Assembly (NCBI GenBank): GCA_002269645.1
Contig: NIVC01001444.1
Span: 1-64,000, forward strand
From: Macrostomum lignano
Lineage: Eukaryota
DNA length: 64,000 nucleotides
Reading direction: 5' to 3'
Part shown: positions 50,545-61,900 of the stretch, piece after piece
How positions within the stretch are numbered: the stretch's first letter is position 1
How the letters are laid out: every line of letters starts with the position of its first letter
Translations under genes and position numbers: made by a program
Notes under the pieces: model-generated
The model's database searches: none
What the model saw: the letters and a program-made list of their open reading frames with translations, nothing else
Told to the model about the DNA's origin: nothing

Positions 50545-51152
50545 CACTCAGCAACAGTCAAAACCACCACCCTACTGAGAGGCGACTTCTCTCTCACCTC
50601 AACTGCAAGTGACGTAACTTGCGCCACGGCGTGGCTAAAGCTGGGTGTGAGTGAATGCAGGAGAGGGCAATCAGGGGATGCCCCATCTGCTTCTTTCACC
50701 CCATATTAGACGGAGCAGGGTGGCTGCCGTGGTCGGAGTTTGCCTGACAATCCGCAGCAGACGTCAATTTGCCCTGGCTGTTGAGCCGCAGAGATCATGG
50801 CACTGGCTGCCTATGGCTGCGTGCTGAACACTATCAGTATCTTGGGACTTTGTTAACAGTGCTCGAATTGTTGAACCTGATCGGCCAAATCAGCGAGCAA
50901 CTGCGCTGATGGATGCACCAGCTTCTAGCATGCCTACAGCGCGCCATCGTTCAGCATCTGTCATATGCCTGACCATTGTCACATGTACTGTTGCACCCCC
51001 AACCCCAACCCCAGTCTCCCTTTTGTACTCTCACCCTGGAATTCACTCACACCCGGCTTTGGCTGCGCCGTGGTGCAAGTTACGTCACTTGCAGTTGAGG
51101 TGAGAGAGAAGTCGCCTCTCGGTAGGGTGGTGGTTTTGACTGTTGCTGAGTG
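50545..51152. mobile_element. Tc1/mariner-type non-autonomous element (MITE), 608 bp
   Basis: ~112-bp TIRs at 50545-50656 and 51041-51152 (about 6 mismatches), flanked by TA on both sides. Confidence 0.85.
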
Positions 51153-52907
51153 TATGTATGCCTGTCTTCCCTTAAGAAAATGCTTGTGTTGTATGACTAC
51201 TTCACTGATTTGGCGTAAATGAGAGTTGCATGCAGTTATTGCAAATTTTAGTAGTTTTTTTAGTCAAATAGAAGATGGAATTAGAAATGGAAAGCTAAAA
51301 AAGAAAGTTTTTTTTCTCTATGACAAATAAGAAATTTGTTCCTGCAATTTTTTTCTTATCCTGCAATAATTTCTTTGGTTGCTATAGTGGCAACACTGCT
51401 GTACTGTAGGTTGGTGTGAATGTGAATAAGCTTGGTGGTTGGCCTCATATTAGTTTTAAGGACAATTATGTTTGGTGTTCTAGGCCCTAGTTTCTAACCA
51501 TTGCAGCATTGGCAAATTAGCTAAAGCCTGAAAAGTTATAAAAACTAAAAAATAATTTAATGCAATAAGCTAAAAGATTAGAAGCTATATAAAGTATATA
51601 AAACAACAACAACAACAACAAAATATGCAACCCTGCATGCACAGTCACAGTTAGAGCAGGGTGCATCAGTTGGCATACTGCAGAGCCTAAGACTAAGAGC
51701 GAACAAAGTCCACTCCATTAATAGTGTCAGGCACCCCAGTATCACACAGCAGGCAGTCCACATTATCAATGGGTTTGGGCCTGACCCCACCTAAATAGAC
51801 CCTGCAAGGTGAGCGGCAGGACATCCTGAACAGGTTGGAGGTAGTAGCCCTTGGCTCGGATCATGTGGCCAGCATAAAAAACAAAAATTAAAAAACTATT
51901 AATTAAAAAATTAGTTAGACCATACTATAGTATTGGTTACAAGTTATAATAAGTTTCAATAGGATATTTTTGTATTTAAAATTTTATCTCATTATATTAA
52001 ATATATATATTTTCCTAATACTAATAGAGCTATTTATATATTAAATATATGCCTATTAATAAGCAAAAAATGAAAAGATTAAAAAATAAAATCATACTTA
52101 GTTAACATTTAGTTTTATAGTTAAAACCATTTTTAGTATATTGGACTTCTTTAATACTTTATACCAAATTATAGTTTTGTTTGATATAATGTGGAGTTTT
52201 ATAATAAGCAATTAAAGTCTACAAATTTTAAACCCATTGAGTTTTAATCCTTGAAATAACTTTTGCCTATACTTTTAAATCTGAAGTCATACTGAAACAA
52301 AATTGCTCTAAGCATAGAAATTGTTAATCTATGGGTATAATATTATATAAGTAAAATATAATTCAACAAATGATTTATAGGAATTAAAGTAAGAAATTGC
52401 ATATAAAAGCTTATCAATAAAAATGAGTTTATCAACTTATCAATAGAAATCAAAAAAAAATATAATAGTTTGTGTAAGTCTTTCCTGCCCATAAATTGCA
52501 AGTCTCTAAATTCTAGGTTAATAGATGACTCAAATTTGACAATTGATAGCTTTATATTCCAAAGTTATCTTCATGATTCATGACAGTTTTGAGGTTTGCT
52601 AGCATCATATTGACATATTTCAACTTGCTTGCAGCCTTACTTTGCAACTTAAAATTAGAATAAATGGCATCTAGCTTAGACAAAACAAGGTGCCAATTTA
52701 GCATCTAAGGTTCAACTTCAGAATGCTAAGATTAAAGTTGATGTGGCATGACACAAAGAAGCCAACAAAAAGGCATGTTAGTCCTTAGTTAGCTTAGCAC
52801 TCTAACACCATAGTAATGTTTCACTATATTATCATTACTATGGTAAATCAAGCAGATTTGATTGATCTATTGCGATTTCTTCTCATGCATACCAGCACAG
52901 CTGCACA

Positions 52908-55900
52908 ATGTCTAACACTGCTATAAATCGTCGATCAGAGAAGCAAAAGATTGGCCACAGGCGAGTGGACGACGATGGCCAGGTCACTTATAAGAAGGTA
53001 TGCTGCTCATTGCATTTCATCACTGTGGGAATTGGCTTGTTGGACTCCATGTTAGTAAACTCATCCCTTATTTTAGAGAGTATATACCCACCATACAATG
53101 CACCGTTCCCCAGTATCTCACTTTAGTTAGTGCCCCTGGCGCACTTTAAGCGACATTGTCACAACCGGCGAGAGGCATTACTGCCCATTCCGCCGACTCC
53201 CCTGAGCAGGCACACACTCACACAGGAGTGTAAAGCGGCCCTAACTGGGGGTTGGCCCTCAAGGCCGTTAATTTCACGAGCAGAGACAAGCTGAGATTCC
53301 AGTTTAGTTCCAAATTAATGTGACTGCACTTGGAATCGAGCCTGGGCCGCTGGCCCAGCAGAGCGCCCCACACACTGGGCTACGGCCCCAGTCTTTTACT
53401 TAAAATCCTAATGGCTGCAGACTTGTCCTACACAATAAATTGAAGTATTTTATCAGTCTATATTACTCTATAACCGAATAATTTTCTATCCACAGAGACC
53501 AACAAACGAGATAATGCTGGCTATTCAGTTGGGCATACAGAATTCTGTTGGCAATGAAACGCAGCGGCCGTATCGCGATCTGTTAACGCAAGATTTTGGC
53601 GTCTTGGAGATTGTCGACTTTCCCAGGTATGAAGTGGAATTCATTTTTGTTTTGGTGGGGCGCCACTGTCTCTTGTTGGGGCGCCACTGTCTCTTGTTAG
53701 GGGCGCCACTGTCTTTTGTTAGGGGCGCCACTGTCTCTTGTTGGGGCGCCACTGTCTCTTGTTAGGGGCGCCACTGTCTCTTGTTAGGGGCGCCACTGTC
53801 TCTTGTTAGGAACGCCACTGTCTCTAGGGGCGCCACTGTCTCTTGTTAGGGCGCCCTGCTCATTGGCAAGCATGGCATACTGACGCCACCTTGCTCACGT
53901 AGATTCCAACCCAATAAGGAAATAAGTACGATTACTATTAGTCCTATAGCACTAGCGATGACTTTATAGTGTTCAAGCGCTTTCCAGTTTCCCATATGCT
54001 AACTTCTAGCATTTTACTGTTTCTTCATCTCTTTTCACCCTGTCAGTTCAGCTACATTGTCGGATATCCGAGATTTGCAGTCTCCCTGTCTCTCACCCTG
54101 CCTTACGTGTATGCATGCGATTCTACTTCCTAGTCGTACCATACTAACTACAGCCCCGCCCATGTCTAGTGCGTCAATCAACTCTTACTAATCTGCTGTT
54201 GTAAGGGCTTTATATGCAGTGTAATAAGTTTCTCCGTCTCTATCTCTCCATAGTATAATCCTGTAGCCTTGCCGTCTGCTACTTTCTCTATATAAAGACT
54301 TTTGTGCTGAGCCTAGTTTCTTGTACGCTTTGCTCAAAATCATTTGCAAGAGAGAGAGAGAGAGAGAAGCTGAGAGATGAAGCCTTGAAGAGATTAGCGG
54401 CGCAGAGAAATTCTTACTACATATTTGCTAGTTCTAGATTTTCAGACTTTACTAGTAGTAGTACTAAAATCGAAAAATCTGCTAGCTTTATAGGCTAAGA
54501 TTTTGGTTTGCTGTGCCTTTCTGTGGTTTCTTAGAAAGTCGAGGGGGGGTAACAAATCAAGAGTTGCCGACTAGGTCTAATCTGAACCGTCGCTAAATTA
54601 TCTCAGCAGGTAAATGCGTCCTGATTCTCTTGCAAAAGGCTTACGGGTTTTTGCCCACGTGGGCCAAACCTCAAGGCATAGAGAGTGCATATACATGCCT
54701 GACAATGAGAAGTGGCTGTGTCCAAAGTGACTTTACCTAATAATAATAATATAACTGAATATAAAAGTTAGATTTCTTGCTCAAGGACACACATTGTTCT
54801 GATTGGGTCGAGAATCGAACCCCCGACCTTTCAGTCGTGAGTCCAACGCTCTAACCACTAGGCTACAGCCACGAGACTTTAACTACAGTTATCTAAATTC
54901 ACTGCCTGACCAATTCACAGAGACGGCGGCAAGTTCACTGTGGCGCACTCCATCACCAGTTTCACGTTTAAAACGTACGCGCCTATGGCGTTTCGTCATT
55001 TCCGAAAATTGTACAACATCGATATATCCCAGTTTCTGGCCTCCATATGCGGCGAGGAGCTCGAGGAGCTGTCCAATCCCGGAGCGTCTGGCTCGATTTT
55101 CTATCGAACAGCCGACGATAATTTTATAATTAAAACTGTGCAGCACAAGGAGGCCAAGTATCTGCAGCGGCTTCTACTGCAGTATTATCTGACTTTAACT
55201 CAGAATCCGCGCACACTGCTGCCCAAGTTTTATGGCCTCTACTGCTACCAGGTGAGGGTACCGCCTGTCACCGGTGACAGGTAGCCCTTAAGAGGGGGAA
55301 TGGCGCGGAACAGAGGGGGTTGGTTGCTCGTAAGGGGTAGGGAGTAGAGGGGAACAGGAGGGAGTAGAGGGGAACAGGAGGGAGTAGAGGGAACAGGGGG
55401 CAGAGGGGAACAGGGAGTAGAGAAGAACAGGGGGCAGAGGGGAACAGGGGGCAGAGGGGAACAGGGAGTAGAGGGGAACAGGGGGCAGAGGGGAACAAGG
55501 AGTAGAGAAGAACAGGGGGCAGAGGTGAACAGGGGGCAGAGGTGAACAGGGGGCAGAGGGGAACAGGGGGCAGAGGGGAACAGGGAGTAGAGGGGAACAG
55601 GGGGCAGAGGGGAACAGGGAGTAGAGGGGAACAGGGGGCAGAGGGGAACAGGGGGCAGAGGGGAACAGGGGGCAGAGGGGAACAGGGGGTAGAGGGAACA
55701 GGGGACAGAGGGGACAGGGGAGTAGAGGGAACAGGGTAATACAGTAGACGGAATCGGGCTTATCATTGCATGCTTTCCAACAGTTCTCTGTTTAACCCCC
55801 CCCCCCTCATCACCGCCCCTCCTACGCGCCGCAGTGCGGCAGCAAGAACATTAGATTCGTGGTGATGAACAATCTGCTGCCCTCGTCTATTCGGCTCAGT

Positions 55901-58900
55901 GAGAAATACGATCTCAAAGGTTCCACCTATAAGAGAAGGGCTGGCAGCTCTGAACGAGAAAAGTCTGTGCCAACATTTAAAGATTTGGATTTCAAGTGAG
56001 TAGTATAACTAGGCCTACAAGATACATTATCCATAAGGGCTATCAAGATGACCGCAGGTCGCCCTGTCATCTATAGGTTATTGCACGAGAATGGGCTATT
56101 CCTGGAGGCTGACATGTACAACAGCCTGATGGAGTGCATCAGCCGGGACTGCCTAGTATTGGAATCGTTTCGCATTATGGATTACTCGCTGTTGCTAGGT
56201 ATCTATAATCTGGACCAGGCTATTCGGGACCGGGTGAGTGCAAATTAGTGAGCAAATTATCCTATAGCCAGGTGAATGCTTGATTAGCTATTTCTTAATC
56301 CTCAGAGTTTTATCAGGGTATGTCTACACGCTCTTTAGAACTGCTCTTTAATCCCTAGATCCACATCTAAGGCTCCTTAATCATTGGATTCACAAATGCT
56401 TAATGCTTCCCAATCACTGGATTCACAAATGCCTAATGCTTCCCAATCACTGGATTCACAAATGCCTAATGCTTCCCAATCACTGGATTCACAAATGCCT
56501 AATGCTTCCCAATCACTGGATTCACAAATGCCTAATGCTTCCCAATCACTGGATTCACAAATGCCTAATGCTTCCCAATCACTGGATTCACAAATGCCTA
56601 ATGCTTCCCAATCACAAGATTCACAAATGCCTAATGCTTCCCAATCACAAGATACAAATGCCTAATGCTCCTCAATCACAAAATTCACAAATGCCTAGGT
56701 TCACACATTAGAGTAATCCCAAGCAAGTTTGTCAAGCACAGCTCCCTACTTATAAACTTATCCATAATATTTTTATTGAAGTAGAGTTAGTACTAGTCTT
56801 AAAAACACCTTCACATTGAAGGCAGACGAAGCTGATTACGTGGAAGGCGGCCAGGTAATTTGATTAGCTAATTTATTTAAAAGCAAAGTGTGCTTTAATG
56901 CTCATTACAAACATTACAGTTGCACAATTCATATCGCTTGAGTTTGTTGACCTGGCACCTTACATCAATTGTTTTTTTGTGTTTGATTTTTCTATTGTTA
57001 ATATCATGCCTAATATCATTCGTATGATTTCATTATTCATCAGTAACACTGGCACCTGTTTGCGGGGGTCTTATCCAGATTTTTTACGACGATATATGTT
57101 AACTATTTTTAAACCTGCACAGTAGTCTCAATAGATGTAACCGCTTGGTTGCTTGTCATTATGAAATTGGCCTGACAACAGTGGAACTACTTTACTAAGA
57201 CAAACACCAACTGGTATCGAATGAGCCTCTCTAAGCTACTTGGGACTTTGGAGACTGCTGCAGATCAGTGCGAAAGTCGAACGGAGGCCATACGCACAGG
57301 CTCACACTCACATAGGAGTGTACAGCGGCCCGAACTTTATTTATCGTTAGGCATGTACACTTCACTGTGCCTTGGGGGTTGGTCCTCAAGGCCGTTAATT
57401 GCACGAGCAGAGCCAAGCTGAGATTCCAATTTAGTCCTAAATGAATGTGACTGCACTTGGAAATCGAGCCTGGGCCGCTGGCCCAGCAGATCGCCGCGCT
57501 AGACCACTGGGCTAAGGCACCCTTACAGCGGCCCTAGCTTTCCTATTGTTAGGCATGTACACGTACGACAAGCCCTCGGTCAGAGTCCGTGCTCAAGCTC
57601 CGAGTTAATTGAGCCGCGTGTGGAATAAGACCCAGGATCTTAATGAACCTGTTTAGTCAGTTCTTGTCGAAGGCTTTCCCCTCCCAGTCCAATCTGCAAC
57701 TGCAACTTTTTTAATGCTTGAAGGTGCTGTCGATACTCTGTCCTATCGTCATTGTGTAACTGTAGAGAAACTTCTCTTTGGCATCAGGACATTATTAAAA
57801 GAAGAGCGAGTTTTAGCACTGCTGCCTGACTACACAAGTGCGCACAAAGATATTTTTGTATAATCGGCAGCTATAAAACATTGCAAGAACTGCACGCGTT
57901 CTTCGTTGAAAGAAAATCTACTGGGCATAAAATTTGAACTACGAACTTCTCCAGCATTGAAAGATACGAATCAAAATTGTAACTTCCTGATTTCAAAGAG
58001 TTTGGAAATTCTCCAATCCAAAAATATGCAAAAAAATACAATAAATTTTGGGTCAAAGTTGCCCTTGGCTTACCGAATGCAGTTCGACGTGCGTTACGAA
58101 ATATAATTGATATGTAGAGTGCCGATCAGTTTTCCGAATAGGAGCAAGAGCAGTTTTCAAGTGCTCAAATTGCCTTCCCACTGTCCGAATCTGTCAGATT
58201 TCTCTTGTCATAATATGACATGCATTCGCCGGAGCATTGCTCTTGTCCGAGTTTGTGCTACAAATACTGCCACATTGCAGGCTTGGGTATAACTACCGCA
58301 CATACTGATATGTTGAATGGTCTTTTTTGAGATTAAAATGAGGCAGAAGCTTAAAAACTCTGACCATGCCAGCTATTCTCTACAAAAATTGAAATTGCCA
58401 CAGCTACTGATTTCAAAACGACATCTCAAAATCGTCAAAAATATTGCGGACTAGATTTGTGACCTTCTTCTCAAAGCTGGTGTAAGCAGCTGAGCGCCAG
58501 GCGAGAGCCTCAACTACCGAGCAGGCACGCGAAGTCAAGAAGCCACACTCGCCTGCCCTACAGGCACAAACACGGTGACTATTAAGGTGGGTCCAAACCA
58601 GTACGAGAAATCCCACTTCGATCAGCTTTAACAGATTCGCCCTGCGCACGACGACTTCAGATGGGAGAGTCGCGATGCTGAGGGAGTTGGAGTACCAAGT
58701 CTACCGAAGGCGGAGGCGACAGCTCGCCCAGTTTACAGCAACTGCAGCGGAAACACAGGCTGATACACCACCACCACACAACCCAAGCGATGACATTTGG
58801 CAAACAAGCTCCGGTGCAACAGCAGACTCCACCAGTGCCGGTCGTTCGCAAAAGCCTTAGTTTGCAGGACAAACCGCGTGTGAACTACAAGAAGTAGACT

Positions 58901-61900
58901 TAAATTTGATGGCGGTGAAGAAGGAACAGCCGAGAGTCAAGTACCGGGAGCGATTTTTTACAGATAGCACACTCACACTCATCTGACATGTATTAAAGGA
59001 TCGAAGTTTTGTGGCACTGGTGACTAATAAGAGCGTACTACGTTATATTATTGTAAGACATTTCCCATACACATGCTGGGAGACTCGCTCTTTATAGGTA
59101 TGGGCTTGAAGCCAGAGATCACTAGCTAAATAATACACAAGCGCATTGGAGAGCCAAGAGCTCATATAGAGTTTCGAACTCGCAGTAGTTTGTGTCTCAC
59201 GACTTCAATTTGGTTCATCAAAGAACCAGAGAACACAACATAAGCCATACATTCGCCGGAGCATTGCTCTTGTCCGAGTTTGTGCTTCCAGGTCATTCCA
59301 TATGAACTATCCAGCATCCATACTGCCACATGGCGGGGTTGGATACAATTTCCGCACATACTGATGATATGTTAAATGGTCTTTTTTGAAGTTAAAATGA
59401 GGCAGAGGCTTAAAAACTCCATAACTCCATGCCAGCTATTCTCTACAAAAAGTGAAATTGCCTAAGGCTACTGATTTCGAAACGACACCTCAAAATCGTC
59501 AAAAATATTGTGGACTAGAGTTGTGACTTTCTTCTCAAAGCTGGTGTTCACTTCGTCATGCCGCAGGCACTCACCAAGCCATTCTTAAAAGTACAAAAAT
59601 TCGGCAGCTTTGAAGCAGGAAATATTATTTTTAAAAGAGTCCACTATCAAAGAACTCTTCGGTTGCTGTATAAAAAATTGAATCCTCCGAAATCTTACAG
59701 GAGGCTAGCGGTCTGCTTAGTGGCAGGCACACAGCTGCAGCAGCCGCCAGTTCATCGCAGGACCCTGTATCCTTCGAGATGGAAACCGCAGCCGCGGCTG
59801 GAGGCTCTACTTCAGCTGGAGTCGAAAACCGAACCTCTGGTCAAGGTTTGTTGCCTCCCATTTGTCACCATGCAGCACAAAGTTCACCACATGTACATAT
59901 GTACATATGCATTCCTTACTCTGACAGACTCCATTGGCTACGTCCATCACTGCCTCTACTAAGTACATTCCCAGAGCCCACTGTCTAAGTACACTACTCA
60001 CAACCACCACTGTCTGAGTACACTACTCACAGCCACCACTGTCTGAGTACACTACTCACAGCCACCACTGTGTGAGTACACTACTCACAGCCACCACTGT
60101 CTAAGTACACTATTCACAGCCACCACTATCTGAGTACACTACTCACAGCCACCACTGTCTGAGTACATTACTCACAGCCACCACTGAGTACATTACTCAC
60201 GGCCACCACTGTGTGAGTACACTACTCAAAGCCACCACTGTCTAAGTACACTACTCACAGCAACCACTGTCTGAGTACACTACTCATTTGTCAATGCTTT
60301 GAATTATTTAAGACTTTTCATAGCTTAAAAAAGCGATAAAAACACTTCAGTCGGCCTGCAGCGTGGCCTGAGTGTCAAGCGAATCTCCCTATTCAATACG
60401 CCAATTGAGTCTATCAACGCCGAACGGGCTCGCGATCCAGTAGACATGCAGCTCGACGAAGAGGCCTTATTCACGTGAGCTATCTTCGCGTGCCGATATG
60501 TAGCGTAATTAACTTTATATTGACAGGGTAGCTATAATAAAAATATTGCTAACAAATGCATGGGATGCAGGTCGGGCGGAATTCCGGCTAAAAACAGCCA
60601 CGGCGACCGGCTGTTCCTATTCACCGGAATTATCGACATTCTGCAGAGCTATCGCCTGTTTAAAAAGATGGAACACGCCATGAAGTCTATCATTACTGAC
60701 GGGGTGAGCTTCTGTTTTACCTGGGCTATTCATTGCTTCTGTTCTGTTCCATAGTTTGGTGATGAATTGTTTGTATCTGATTGAGTTTGTCAGTCTGTGT
60801 GTCTTTCTGTCTGCTTGTGTCCATCAGTGTCTTACTAATCAGTGTCTGTCTATGCCACATACTAGGTGGGTCACTCAGCACATTTGCGTGTACATGTAAG
60901 CTACTTTTAGTTAAGTAGTAATTTAAACTGAAGCATTTTAATGTATTTTTAAAGCCAAGACTCATTTATTGGCTCTTAAGCCCCCGCCCCCTAGCTTAAA
61001 CCCTCCAACCGCGCCTTTCCACACTACCCCCGCCCCAATTTTTGTCTTTCTCGGAATTCCAGCCTAAAGCTGCCATGTACGTTTCAGTGGACTGGCTAAT
61101 GTACATTATGTCTGAACCAATTAGCAAGTTGTTTACGCCTGCAAGCGGCCATCAAGTTAATTTAGTGTATCCGTGGCCTATGCTAGTACTCGTACTTGTC
61201 GCAGTAACAGTTGCACCAGTTCGCTCCGTTCCCCGCTGAACCCGCCCGCAGGACACGGTCAGCGTGCACAACCCGCGCTTCTACTCTGACCGGTTTCAAC
61301 TGTTCCTCAAAACTGAAGTGTTCAAAAAGCAGCCCGATGCGTGTGAGTCTCTGTCTATTGCATTGCAGCTATAAATTAGTTTGCTTTGCTTTGCTATAAA
61401 ATTATGAATGATTCCAGGTAATTTCTTTGGTTTCATTGCATGCAAAATTTATATTTGCAATTCCTAAAATATAGTGGAAAGGAAAGGACTCTATGAATTT
61501 TATTCATTTTCTTCTAGGAGTTTTAACTGGGCTTGCCCGAAGGTAATTTTTGTTAGTCAAGTTATCCTTGTTGAAATCGTTTAATTAACACATTCTATTC
61601 CGTATCGTTTTGTGAGTGAATACAACTGTTAAAATGTGTGATAAGGTAAAGATATTCGGAACTGGTGATCAAGAACCACTGATTTATGTATTGTACTTGT
61701 TTAACCCTCGGTTTCTTATCTGTGTATCCCATTTTTATAATCAGCTCAGTGGGTTTCCTATGGGTTTCTGTTTTTGATTTTTTATTGCACGTTTACAACT
61801 TAAAATTTCAATTCCTGTTTCTTTTTGGCAATTCTTGCAATTTTCAATGAGATTGATATCATTGCCATCTTTTTGCAATGTGAATTAGGCAATGTTAAAT

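Noticed and set aside
54800-54872. tRNA gene on the minus strand
   Set aside because: A and B boxes are present but the acceptor and anticodon stems do not pair, and it runs into SINE body sequence.
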